A DNA stretch of 53,864 bases, counting the filler, from Dimargaris cristalligena (taxonomy: Eukaryota): NCBI GenBank assembly GCA_003614675.1. It is 2 parts of 2 records of this genome, joined end to end, with 100 filler letters (N's around TTAATTAATTAA, not from the genome) between each part and the next. Parts side by side here need not be neighbours in the genome. Positions count along the whole stretch, not along the records: positions 1 to 26,895 come from ML002532.1; positions 26,996 to 53,864 come from ML002533.1. The stretch is one strand, 5' to 3'. Below the pieces are notes generated by a model. That model had not been told where the DNA came from. It worked only from the letters and a program-made list of their open reading frames with translations, and did no database searches. This document shows, one piece after another, positions 23,102 through 36,093 of the stretch. Every line of letters starts with the position of its first letter. Within the stretch, counting starts at the first letter, position 1. The translations under genes and the position numbers were made by a program.

Positions 23102-25835
23102 TTACTTCGATTTCGATCCGGAAGAGTGGGGGGACGGGGAATGATAAGTCGGACTTGGGGGATTGCTGTTCAGTTGTTGGGGCATAATGGGGTCATCGCC
23201 ACCAGCGGGACTGTACGCACGGGGCACGGGCGACACAATTTGAATCAGATTCTCATTGTTGGTCAGGGACGGCGAGGAGTGCGAGAACTGCTGCTCGCGG
23301 GGACTGCGCGAAAGAAGATCCGTAGTGGGGTATCCTGCCGCTTGGGTATTAATAGGCCGACCACCGCCATTGCCAGACGTTCTGGTCGTATTAGTGGAGC
23401 TAGAAGGCTCTTCGTTGATGTTTCGGTAACCACTGCTCCAGTTTCGAATATTCGAGAAATGGCCCAGGTGCTGCGAGTTAGCGCCGTCAATTCCAAGGCT
23501 GGTGTGAGCGGAATATTCGCTAGCAGGGCGGGCCCGGGTGGGGCGACCTTCGGCAGTGGGGGCGTCCAAGATGACTTGTTCGCGGCGGCGGGAGCTAAAC
23601 GCGGTGCCCTTATGGAAGCTGTTGCGCACAGTACGGTTATGAGTGGCATTGGACGGGGGCGGGATCAGGCGGTCCTGCGAATTGCCTTGGCGGGGCAGCT
23701 TAATCAGGGTCGACTGATCTTGGCGGTCCTGGGGTGACGTATTGGCGGTCATGGGCGTTGAAGCAGGGTTAGTGGGTCCCGTTGCTTCGTCCGCGTGTAC
23801 GGTAACTGCCTCTGCTTCCGAACCTGTAGCACACGAGTCGTAACGGCGGATGTGCCCGGTGGAATTACTGGGCAACAGCAGATTGTGAGTAGAATCAAAG
23901 GCGGGGGCTGGACTGCTGGTGGCCAGTTTCAATTGGGAAGTCGTTCCGTCGGCCGCTTTAGCCGCCTTGGCCTTTTGGGAGGCACGGGACATGTTTAGCG
24001 GGGCTAATTTGTCGAGGCTGACGTGGCGCACGGCCCCGACTACCTTGATCTCCTTGCGCATATCGATGAATACGTCCGTCTCATCCACAATCTCCTCCTG
24101 GATAAGCTCCTCGATGACATCTTCCAGCGTTATCACGCCCAGCAGTTTCTGGGGGCCGGCTGCCTTGAGGAAAGGGGAGTTGACCGAGCCGACGTTGGTG
24201 TAGTTATCGGAACTGTTTACGGAATCCAAGGAGGTACGAATCTCGTTGATGGTGATGCCCTCGGCTTCGTAATCAATCTCAGGTGCCTCATAAACCAGGG
24301 CCATATGGCTGCCACCCTCCTGGAAGATGTTGAGAATGTCGAACAAGGAGGTCTTGGTGGTCACGGCCGGAATACGGTTAATCTTGAGGTTGCGCAGGGG
24401 GATGCCATCGTCAGGGTCAACCAGGATCAGGGACTTGACCAGCAACACGCCAACAATTCGGTGACGGCTACCTTCGAACACAGGGACACGGCTGTGGCCG
24501 GCACGCATGATTTCGGTCATGGTACGGCGGTCCATAATCGATTCGATATCAATCATGTATACCGACTGGAATTCGGTCATGACGTCCTTGACCAGCTTCT
24601 CGTTAAGTTCGAGCACACCGCGGATCATGGTGATTTCGTCCTGGGTCAAAGAGCCACCGTGGGAGGCGTCGTGCATGGATACGAGTTCCTTGAGCTCGGC
24701 CTTGCGATAGATCATTCCGTGGTTGGTACCCAGCATCCAATCCAGGAGACAGGCCATGGGGTAGCCCAAGGGTGCCAAAATCCAACGCAGGATACGAACG
24801 GGCCAGGCAAAGAAGGCACCGATGACGAGACCGTGACGGGCACATACCGCCTGGGGAATGACCTCACCGAATATAAGAATCAGGGCAGTTGAGACTAACA
24901 CGGCGGTGACACCACCCCCAAATATGGAATCCATAATAATAGGCAGCGATTCGTTGATCAGGGTGTTGATAAGGAGCAAGGTGACCAACAGCCAGTGACC
25001 ATTTTTACGGATAGGCTGAATACGGGCGGCGTATTTCTTTTGACGTTCATCACCCGATATACTGAGAATATGAAGGTTCGTTTCATCTAAAGACATGAGG
25101 CCCAAGGTAAGACCTGGGAAGGGGGCGTACCAATTTATCAAGGTCAGACGACACCCGCATTAAGACGTATGTAAGAATAATAATATAAAAGTCGGAAGAT
25201 AAAATAGCAGGCCGACAGAATTTGGCTTAGAAAGGGGGCAAACTTGCATATGGGGAGATATACGCTCAATAAAGGAGGTATTTTTCCTTAACCCATCACA
25301 CACCAGCCCAACCATGTGGTGAAATACGGCGGCCATGCAGGCCTTTAAAGGCACTTCCCGCAAGGTATGGGCAAGAGGGAAATATATTCCGCATCCCATC
25401 GAATACATCATCAGGTCGACTGCGTTAATTGAACAGTGTACCACGTAGAGTAATCGAACTACTAAGTAGTTGGGGGAACCCCGTTGGGAAAGAGGAGCAA
25501 GAAAGGGAACAGTTTAGGGGGGGGTTGTACGACTTACCTGCAATGAGACCACCGAGGAGTACTAAGAACAGCACGATCAGTAGTCGAACCCAGAACTGAC
25601 TGGAGCCGACGGGTACTTCAGGTTCAGCGGTTCTGGTCACCGGGCCCCGTAGAGCAGCCTCGGCAGAACCGGTGGAGAGACCATCAGAGACACCGGAGCC
25701 TATGGAACCGTCATCATTCTTAGGGTAGGCAAAAACACAGGGAGCTAGGAAGACGAAAGAGGCTGCACCGACGAGAGCAGCAGTTCGTAGCAGCGGGGGT
25801 AATGGGGCAAACGCGGTCGCGGGGGGTTTCGCCAT
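23102..25835 (-). CDS. MAM3: CNNM/DUF21 + CBS-pair metal-homeostasis protein (Mam3-like), 2 exons, 769 aa
   Basis: Exon 1 25835-25538 (..LVLLGGLIAG, then GTAAGT) and exon 2 25113-23102. Motifs are GLTLGLMSLDET, HWLLVTLLLINTLINESLPII, LIFGEVIPQAVCARHGL, GHSRVPVFEG, FQEGGSHMA and GVITLEDVIEELIQEEIVDETD. Confidence 0.95.
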
Positions 25836-26895
25836 AAATGGGTTAAGACGCGCAGTGACAGCGGTATTGAGGAAGGGAAAGGGATTTACGCACAATCGAC
25901 GCGAATGGAAGTATAGCGAGAAAAAAAGAGTGGGCCGGGCCTAGTAAGGGATATGAGCACAGCCAAAAAGGGAGAGAAAAAAACGGAATATATATTAAAG
26001 AACGAAGGAGAGCAAGGGTTAGAAAGGGAAAGCTGAGAGAAGCCCTGTTTATGGTATGTTATGCGTATAAGGAAGGGGAAGGGTACAACACATACTCCAT
26101 AGTAGCCTCATGTATAATAGACACAGTCAGAAGGAGGAGGATGGGTTGCATCGCGTCCTACAACCACAAGGAGGGGTGTAAAAGGGGTCCACTCCAACTA
26201 GACCACCACCCAGTAATTTCTATTACAGCCAACAACAATTGAATCTGATGGGTTCATAATAAATGAATCAAACCCTTGGGTATTGAAGAGACGGGGTGGG
26301 GTTTAAAGAAATGAAGCCGGGTGTTTATATTTATACATAAATGCAACTACTCTGTTCCGTTGTTGCCAAGCGATATATCTAAATGGTCGAAGCAAGATCG
26401 ACCAAAATCCCAGCTGGGATATCAGTTGCCTAAACCATACACTAAGCAGTGAAGGCCAATGGTTATCGTAGCGGGCAAAACATGAGAGGAGAGGAGGGAC
26501 TTACTTTGGTGGTTTATACGGAAAAATAACAATAAGGGAGGATGCCCGCAGAAGCAATTAGAATAAGTAAGGGAAAGGGAGATAAAATTGGGACGGGAAG
26601 AGACGGGGTCTTTATATAACGATTTATAGATGTGGTGGTGGTTCTAAACCAGAAAGTGCCATCATTACTGTATGCGCCCTCTTGCCTCCATGCGCAGATT
26701 CCGTGACTTTGAACTTAGACTAGCATATATGCTTAGACGCCCAACCAAGGTATAAAACCATCTCGGCGTATTTTTAAACCGTCCAGGATCTCTCTGTCTA
26801 TGCGAAGCCACTCAAGTCTGGCCAACGCATATAGCTAACACAACAATGCTCTCCATATACCAATATAGAGAATCCCTTGGGTTTATCCGCAGCCA

Positions 26896-26995
26896 NNNNN
26901 NNNNNNNNNNNNNNNNNNNNNNNNNNNNNNNNNNNNNNNTTAATTAATTAANNNNNNNNNNNNNNNNNNNNNNNNNNNNNNNNNNNNNNNNNNNN
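26896..26995. other. Artificial contig-joining linker (N44-TTAATTAATTAA-N44)
   Basis: Exactly 100 bp with a palindromic six-frame stop cassette at 26940-26951 centred between equal N runs. Confidence 0.95.
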
Positions 26996-27027
26996 CTATC
27001 AATATAAAACCTATCAGGTTAAGCACA

Positions 27028-28588
27028 TCACTCTCTGCCTGTTGTGGTAACTTGTTGACCGGTAGTCCATCCCCTCAGGCTCCCAATAACATCAATGGCG
27101 GGGTAAACAGTGTTTCTCAACGAGGGACGCCCAACCTTCGTCAAAAAGCGGGCCTGGCTGTTGTGGTAGCCCACCAACAGCTCACCCGACTTGACCACCC
27201 GCAGCCAGCGACTACCAAGATAGGCAATGGTACATACCCTGGCATCCACCATATTGTTTTGGTGTTTAATACCCCAGAAATATTTGACTTTTAAGGCATC
27301 GGAGGCGAGGCCCATGGCGGCCATGCAGTTAAGAAACCGGTGTTGTTCGAAGCTACCTGGTACAGTTGAACTACCATTGGTGCGGGCATTCGGGCTGAGC
27401 CAGCGCCGGGTAATGTTATCAATCAAGGGCTGGTCATCGGCCACACTGGCCAGGACCAACAAGAAATAAATTGCGCCCCGTTTAATGGGCTGCTGGTGCA
27501 AATTGGTCACGGAGGAGGGCGGCCCATTGAGGTCCAAAAACAGCTCGAGTTGTTTCAGGTCCACCTTCCGATAGAGATTCCACACCACCATGCTGGCCGT
27601 ATGCTGAATGACCATTAGACTAGTCCAGCGTAGACCCGGCCGCAGAAGGGTGAGTCCACCCAGACTCAGCTTCGGATGCAGGAAGTCCAGGTTGTACTGG
27701 ACGCGGACGGGGGTTTGTTGAACAAGATTCAATACGCTGCTGTGTAGTTTGGCCAATTGGAATAGCGTGATTGCATCAGCCGCGTAGGCCACCGGGAAAT
27801 GACCGGCAAATACGGAGTTCGGCAGGTTACCCACACTGATATAGTGCCAGTTAGTGGCTTGGAAATAGGTCGGGGGACTGCGTTTAATAAATTCGACCTG
27901 TTCCTGGTGAATACGTCCATCTGCTTCCGTTCGAAACGCGCCATCATTGAGTATATACTCATGGTGGAGGGCGGGATACTTTTCCAGTAATTTCTCGAAG
28001 AAGATATTGGTATATTCCAGAGGCATTTGTTTGGACCAGGTGTTGATGAAGTTGGACAATCGATCACCAACGGGGACCCCTTCGTCACCAACACCTGCAA
28101 TAGAATGGGCCAAAAAATGGTTGACCTATTGAATGAGGAACGAGACAGAGAGTTCCGACAAGACTGGCATATGTATAGATTAGTATGAGGGGCCCAATAT
28201 TAGCGGAATACTCACCCACCCTCATGGATGATTTGCGATGGAAATGATTCATACGAGACTGCTGTGGATGGTATATGCCACCTCACCCATTCACCAAAAT
28301 ATCAGATTCACGCTGATCATATAAAACCACAGTCAACTTTACCTTCCCACAAAAGACCTCTTCAAGCATTGGTGCTGTATCGATTAGTTTGGGAGACCAC
28401 CAGGCGAAAGTGGACAACTCCATTTGGTTGAAAAGGTCAGTCTTCAGACAAACGGGAAGACTGTCATAGGAATTGAGAAATTTCCATGTGTTGGGATCAG
28501 TGATGGGTTTGGAGTAGGGTCTCAGAGGCGAGTTCCATGGTGTCAATTGACTGGCCAAAGCGGTCAAGGCGATATTCTTTAGACTCAT
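27028..28588 (-). CDS. Hypothetical lineage-specific protein (~460 aa), probably 2 exons; could be a pseudogene
   Basis: Open frame 28125-27028 follows a CAATAG acceptor. An upstream open frame starts at ATG 28588 (MSLKNIALTALASQL..). An in-frame join is possible via the GTGAAT donor at 28294. No recognisable domain, and the exon junction is uncertain. Confidence 0.6.
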
Positions 28589-28598
28589 GGTAATAAAG

Positions 28599-28600
<2 letters not shown>

Positions 28601-28634
<34 letters not shown>
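28601..28634. repeat. (AT)17 microsatellite
   Basis: Perfect run 12 nt upstream of the minus-strand ATG at 28588. Confidence 0.9.
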
Positions 28635-28637
<3 letters not shown>

Positions 28638-28853
28638 AAGGGGGTGAGGGTATAGCAATGGAGTGGGGCGGGGAGGAAAGACTGGGAAATTGCTAAAATG
28701 ACGGGGGAGTGGGAGAGGGATACTCGCTGCACAAAATGGCTAAGAATAACCCAGGATACTGTGCTAAATAAGTCGAGATAGGCCTTTGGTTATATAGTTT
28801 TAGGGCCTTTTGGCAAAGGGCAGCTGCTGAGCGAAGGGTGTATTCTTTTTGGT

Positions 28854-29260
28854 GATAAACTTGCGCCAGATGGTAGGATGGCCTTCATGTAACCTAGGGC
28901 TGTTGAGGAGGATTCTTTTGAGTGGCCAAGTGTAATCTTATAGTAAGGGGAAATAGGTGTCTATGTTGTACGCTTGGTGGGTCAATGTAACAGTGGTCGT
29001 ATTAAGGAAGGCAATTTGATACCTGATACATAATTTTAGGGGCCTACAGTGTGAGGGTGTGGCTGATTTCCTTCGGCTTGTTCGAATCATGCTAGGAGCC
29101 ACGTACCAATATACATATGGGTGAAATTCAAACCAGCTGTATAAGGTTTTACATAATATATATATGGGGGGATATATGTGAGAATAGCTTTTAACCAGTA
29201 ATATTGGCCTCATCCAATGGATTTTTCGCTATACAGCCTGAATGAAGTTCTCCCATATGA
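28854..29260 (+). mobile_element. Decayed non-LTR (LINE-like) reverse-transcriptase fragment, copy 1
   Basis: 29118-29254 aligns by eye with 38941-39078. A stop-containing frame reads VTVVVLRK..HNFRGL..DFLRLVRIML..GYM*E*LLTSNIGLIQWIFRY, resembling the LINE RT motifs NYRPISL..DYKIL..GF.PGR.ITDNI. Confidence 0.5.
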
Positions 29261-32200
29261 ATCTACTCAACCTGAAGCTATTACCACGGTATAATAGCAA
29301 TAAAGAATCCTGCCAAAAATAACCCACGAGTTATAATGCACTCACTGATTTGGGGTAGCAGATAGCTCTTGTTTATACTATTTATTATAATGGGGGAGGT
29401 TTGGCCCAGCTGTATAACCCAGTGACTATGTATTACTGGCTCAACGTATACAATTTAGAACAACATTACACCAACCCTCCCCTTTGATTTTCCTATAAAA
29501 GTAGATGGGTTAATGAATGGTTTTTTACTCGTGTACAGTTGTAGTCTTGCTGCACACCCATGCATGGTGTCAATCTGGGGGGGGGGGGGATTCAAGATAC
29601 TCGTATAAATGGATCCTGGTTGGAATATAATACATTAAACTAGGAAGAAGGTTAGTTTTAGTGTACTAGAATATCACATTAAGTGTCTTTTATTTGACAT
29701 ACAGAGGGACGGGAACCTCCCTCGTATTAAGTATTTCGCAACAATGATCACGACCAGTCTCTTTTTTATACGGAAGTATTTATTTCAGTGCTGTGCTTGG
29801 CTAACTTGAGTGAGGTTATACCTACTATTGATTTCCTGTAATAGCGGAGGTATACACGTCATTCTGTCAGGCGCCTGTCATATAAGAGGTAGTGTATATG
29901 TAAAATCCCTTTTATACTATACCCCACCAATAGGACCATTTTTTTCCGCATTTTGCACTAGAAATGATATAGGTATTAGTGGTGAAAGGTGTCGAGAGCT
30001 TACCCTCCCTGTTACTCTGCTCACTCCACATGTGACTTTCCTATAGATCGATGGCAGGGCACGCGAGGTTCCGCAGCAAGAAACTGGGGACCAGTCGATG
30101 TATGCTAGTATATGTCATTATATGCATTACTGGTCTATCTGAAATTTATGTATATATATATATATAGATAAATAGACAAAGGCATCCACACTCAATAGAT
30201 TATCACCCTAATTCCGCCTTGTTCTTTCCCCTTGGCTTTATCTATAGCCTATTTTAGACTGGTTGGCGGTAGTGTCAGCCGTTTTAGTCTACCATGCGAT
30301 GGTGTTTCGAAGGGTGTTATTATTAAAGGTACGTTAGTAAAGGCATGCAGTGAGTAAGCCAATCGGTATTTATATATAAAATGTGCACTGCAAACGGTTC
30401 CCCAGTTGCTGGCTCTATAGCCCACCGGCCGGCTCTACCTTATATGCCAGATACCATCAATTTATAGACCTGATTTAATTGTAAAATATCCCCACCCCTC
30501 CTCCCTAGATTGGGGGGAATAGGTCATAGTTAGAACAGCCTGGGATGGCCACCAGCCCCGCCTGTCACATAAATTTCGGCAATCTCATTGAGGTGTGCTA
30601 GTTGCGGACCATCGCTTTCTTCTGATTTTAGCCCACCGGACCTGTCATTAAGAGTGGCTAAGAATCAAGTAAAATCGATTCCGTGGAAAAGGTAAGCTTC
30701 TGGAACAGGGACCACACTTCCTAATCTAATTTTATCCTAGCGCTTCATCAAGGCCAAAGTAGTGGTATATAAGTGGTATACACCATTTTGGCCTTGTAGT
30801 AGACTTACATTAGGATAGTGTGTGTGAATTCGGGAGACGGGATAATCCGATTTCAGTGGGAATTTAGACATTTTTGCTGGAGAAGGGGAGTAGTAAGTTT
30901 AGCCCTGCAGGTGTAGCAGGCAGATGAATGGAGGTGGGATGGCGGTTTTATAGGGCGTCTACAGCATGGACAGGGGCTGGTAGCATTTGTTGTTTATCGT
31001 GTGGCTATTTCTCGAATACCTTGGCCAGCTGTCACTCAACAAGGGGTCAGGGGAGGTAGGGGTGGAGGCCCTTACACAGCAGCCATGATGGGCCTAATCG
31101 AAGAGGGGGGGAGGCCGCAATACAATGAATGCACCATCTCACCTGTGCATCAGTGAGAATCAGCATGGTGCGACAGCTGAAGGACTCAGAGACAAGGGGG
31201 GTCTCTCTCTTTTAGAGGGAAGTGTTTATCATCCAATCCCGTGGTATTCAGTGCCCATTTGCATCAGCTGATTTGGTCGCCTTTTCCCGTGGCGTCTTCC
31301 CCAGGCATTGTGGTTCCCAATCCATTTCGCCCATTATCCCCCCAACTGTGCCGCCACCTCCCTCATCCATCCCTCCCTCCCTCCCTCTCCAACACCCTCA
31401 CATTACCCGTTGATTTGATTTGTTGGTAAGTCTTCTCTGATAGTTGTCCAGGGGTGGAAGAGAGGGAACCCTCACTAAACTATCAGAGGAGACACTTTCT
31501 TCCTCTATTCCTTCCCTCCCTTATTCCTTTTTCCAATTTTATTTTCTCCTATCTGTATCAGTCGCTACCTAAGCCGTACTTACTTCGTCAATCAGCCATG
31601 TTCACGCTACTCACCCCACTTCATTGTTGGATGAAGCAGTGGCGGCGAGATTATCTTTCTCGCGGTCGCCATAGTCCGGCCCTATTCTGCTTGGAATACT
31701 GCGCTGATGGGCTGTGGAGGGATATCATCTGTATGTCAGCCGGGTCGACTGGCGGCGGCCAGCAACGAACGCGAGAGGAGGGTGGCAATCCCATCCCATG
31801 GTAGTCTCTGTATCAGCCAATCACATGTTCCCACCGCATTCGGTCAGTGGGCTAGTGGGAAGGAAGGGGTGAGTCATTTTCATTACGTTCCCCCCATCCT
31901 TGGGTGTAGGTGAGCAATCCTGATGGCTCATTGGCCGATGATCCTTTTTTTGGGACCACCCACACTCCCACTGTACTCAATGATGTACTTCCCTGTCGGC
32001 GGCTACTTGTCCACTACTCACACTATGTCCCATTCATTGGTCTCTCCTATTTTTCTTCTCCTCTCCTTCCCCCTCCTTGGCCTATCCCGTCCCGTCTTAT
32101 TCTCTCTTTTTCCATTTCCCTTCTCTTCTCCTTCAATGTTATTGTTTTTCGGTGCTTTACAACACCTCTTACTTACTATATTACTACTACTACTACTACT

Positions 32201-33541
32201 AACTACTACCACTTTTTTTCACTGCTCGTATATCTCTCGACCACAATGGCCTTTGGCCGCAGCGACTCAGCAGTGGCAACCATAATACATACAACTCCTG
32301 TGTTGCCTTGTTAACTGTATAGATACTGTGGATACAATCGGCATCTATTATAATATACATACTGCAGTTGATACGAAGGCGATTTACCCACCAGCACCGA
32401 GCCAACCACCCGCATTGTCCCCCTCCTCTGTTCCAGTCAAAGCTAAGGGTGAAATGAGGGAGACCTGCCACCGTCCATGGAAGCGCGCTAGCTTTTCCAA
32501 CCGAAGCCTCCGCCTATCGCAATTAACGCCTGTTCCGCGCTTTCTTCTGTCTCCACTCTCCAGTTTTGCTTGTCTTGCTCGGTTGGTCTACTAGTTTTAT
32601 CCGACGCCTCCTTGTTTATCTTACTTTATCTTCACTTTGCTTGCTTTCGTGGTGACGCTGTCTTCCCTTTGATATACCTATAGCTTGTCTAACTCTTTCT
32701 CTCCTCATGTATAGAGCCCTTACTTTGGTCCCATCGCTGCCTACTCTCCTCGTCGTTCGGTATTTCTGAAATCCTCACGAATAGTCCGAACTCGTTTTTA
32801 ACATCGCCTGGTCTTTCCGCGTCGTACTGCCTCGAAATGGGCCCCGCTTTCAAGCTCTCTGGTGTATAAGACACTTCGTAAAGGGGTTATGATGTCCGCC
32901 TCCCAATAATTGCCCAGCCGGCTATTGCCAGGCGCGTGTCTCATGAACTCTCCCGCCCAGCGTGGCCCTCACTATGCGGCCCCAAGGTTTCAGGCGTGAA
33001 TGGCGGAGACTCTACGCAGGCGGCGGGCTGGGAGGGTGTTTGGCTATAGTATCCTTGGCCTATATATGCTATATAACCGCATTGCTTAGCTAGTATCGTG
33101 GGATTTGGGGTTCCTTGGTGCATACTATAATAGTGGGGGGATATGTAAAAAAGGTGGTAAAATGATTTATTATTAAGCGGCCTCCTTCCCTTCTTTTAAA
33201 TAATTTTGCGGATTATTGGTAATTATATTCATCCCCTTGAAACAACCCCCCATTAGATATGGCAGGGGGGCAAGGGAAATTGGAAGGTGGTTTTTTATAA
33301 CGGCATCGACGTGCACAAGGGGCGTCTTTGGGGTAGTACATAGGAATAGGGAGGGGGGATGCGCCAATCCCCATCCACCCTCCTTATTCCCCTTTCCGGT
33401 GGATGGAACATAAGAACCACTGGCGTATGGGACAATCGCTTGCAGCATCATCTTCATCAGCTGCCGCCGCCATCCCCACCCAATCCGGCGATGAGACCGT
33501 GAAAAAAAAATAGGACCATGGCGTTTTTTTTGCCTGCCGCA

Positions 33542-33548
33542 TATAAAT
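33542..33548 (+). promoter_or_regulatory. Candidate TATA box of TBP gene
   Basis: TATAAAT ~365 bp upstream of ATG 33911, followed by a CT-rich leader. Confidence 0.35.
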
Positions 33549-33910
33549 ACCGGCCCTTCCCCTCGTCCCGTAGGAGGTGTTCGCACTCGGAAAAAAATTC
33601 CCCCACCCCTGAGAAAGGTTTTAGGTTCACCCAAGTAGTCGTCTCTTTATTCAAATCCCACAAGCCCTTATCACTTATTTCTATTTTTTTCTGTGGTCCC
33701 CCACTCACTCCATTTCTCTCTCTTCTTTGCTTCATCGATCGGCCTTCTTATCTAGCTCCCCGTTTCTCAGCCGATCTGCCCTTACCCATTCCAACTGGGT
33801 CGAAATAGTCTTTTATACTTCTTAATTCCTCCATCTGAACCTGCATTCTTCACCGGACTACTTCTTTAACCCCTGTACACTTCCTTATAGTTCATAAAAA
33901 CATTACCCTC

Positions 33911-35253
33911 ATGTCGTTTCCCCAGCCTACTGCGTCTTTTTTACCTCGCACCCAAGCCATGGACCCTCACATGGCTGCGGTCAGTGGTCTTCACCCTTCT
34001 TTAACTGCTCCTTCTCTTCCTCCTACTTCTACGACTAATCTGGCCTTACCTTCGTCGTTGCTGAACCAGTCCCAGGGCTCCCCCGCCGATTCGTTGGTGG
34101 GTGACCCGAAGGCCACGGCCGCGACTGCTACAACGGAACCAGGGGTTGGTGGCATCGTTCCCACTCTTCAGTAAGTATTGCCACTGGTTCAGTGTTTAGT
34201 CAGTTTTATGAGCCCGTTCTGTATATTACCATTACATTGTTATATTTCTTTTTTTTTCTAGCTGCGTCTCCCGTAATAAATGTACAATACGATTACCTCT
34301 ACGAATATCCCCCCCGGTGTTGGTGTTTAGCCTCTCCCCTCAGGCGGCAATTATCTAACCATCATCTGATGTAATGGTTCCCTCTTCCCATGAAACACCA
34401 CCCGTACCTTCCAATGGCTTATTTAGAAACATCGTGGCTACGGTCAACCTCGACTGCCGCCTGGATTTGAAGACCATTGCCTTGCACGCTCGTAACGCCG
34501 AATATAACCCAAAGGTAAGCCCGCCTATCAATTTTGGTTTAGAGATGTATTGTCAGAGGGACAGGGCGGGATTCCGTTACTGGTCTTATCCATTGTCGAC
34601 ACCAGTTTTAATGTAAACTGGCGACGGTGATGGTAATGGCCGGTGTATCTACCTATTGCATATTTTTTATACATGTGGAAGTATGTAGGAATGCTTCGCT
34701 GTGTATTTCTCCGCAATGCAGTTTGCCAAGGCCCCGGTATTCATTTCTGTATGTGTGTGGTACCACTACTATACTTCATTACCTGTTCCTTCCGCCACCG
34801 ACTCCCTTATCCTCTACCCAGCGTTTCGCGGCCGTGATTATGCGTATCCGTGAACCCAAAACCACGGCCCTGATTTTCGCTTCGGGCAAGATGGTGGTGA
34901 CGGGTGCCAAGTCGGAAGATGACTCTAAACTGGCTTCCCGCAAGTATGCCCGTATTGTGCAGAAGCTGGGGTTCCCCGCCAAGTTCACCGACTTTAAGAT
35001 CCAGAATATCGTCGGGAGCTGTGACGTTAAGTTCCCCATTCGCCTGGAAGGACTGGCCTTCAACCACGGACAGTTCTCCAGTTACGAACCCGAACTGTTC
35101 CCCGGTCTGATTTACCGTATGGTGAAACCTAAAATTGTGCTGCTGATCTTCGTATCTGGTAAAATCGTGCTCACTGGCGCAAAGGTGCGGGACGAGATTT
35201 ATCAGGCCTTCGAATCGATTTATCCTGTATTGACTCATTTCCGGAAGCCTTAA
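33911..35253 (+). CDS. SPT15: TATA-binding protein, 3 exons, 259 aa
   Basis: Exons 33911-34170, 34427-34514, 34822-35253 (GT-AG, 780 nt). The core reads [68 protein letters not shown]...[13 protein letters not shown]. The start could alternatively be ATG 33959. Confidence 0.98.
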
Positions 35254-36093
35254 ACAGGATTTTTGTCAGGTTTCCCTCCCCCTCCATACTTTGCATTATC
35301 CTCTCTATCGCCGCGTTTAGTTAGAATGCGCAACTTATCCGTTATCGTCTCCCCCCATGTGTGTGTGTGGTGGGGGGAGTATGTGGATCGATTTCAATTC
35401 TAGATCGGGTGTGTCTTACAGTGATTTTGTCGCCTCCTTCATTCCTTACCGCTCCGTTAGTTGGGGAGGGGAGAGTATGTTGGCGCTGACCCTTTCCTAC
35501 AATTCGCACCTCCCTTACTTATTTTTTCCGATTACTATCTTCTTTACGCGTATTTCTAACCCTCTGTGTCTTCATGAGATGTCACTATCTATATAACGCG
35601 GACATCTCGACATCTGACCTGGACTATGCGTTGTATCATATATAACCACCCTCCACATCAGTCCTACTATCATTAGAGGTCTGGTATGACCTCCCCTTCT
35701 CGCTCTGGTTAAACCGAAAAGCCAAAAATATAATTCCTCTTTTTTTTTAATACCTTTGTTCATGCGCCGTCCATGCGGGCGCTGTTCAATCAAACTTATA
35801 GACCCTTACTGGGTGATTAAATCCCCAGTATGAGTCGCCCACTCTCGCTAATTCTCCTACCTTTATGCCGTTTTAATATCTCAAAAAAAATCATAAAAGT
35901 TTTCGAAAAGCGTCTAGAATGAATTATATGAGTAGAATCTGGTATGGGAAGATGTAAATTATAGATGGTGGTGTTAATGAATGGTTGGGTTATAAAGAGA
36001 TAGTTAGGGCTATCCTTCCTACCAAAAATAGGTTGCCTTGTAGCACATGGGGATTCTGATGCTTACTTTTGGCAGTTCAGGTGGTTATGCGAA

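Noticed and set aside
23000..24892. Plus-strand ORFs of 245 and 289 aa
   Set aside because: Antisense shadows of the clearly conserved MAM3/CNNM gene.
26940..26951. Perfect palindrome TTAATTAATTAA as a biological site
   Set aside because: It sits centrally within N runs and is an assembly linker.
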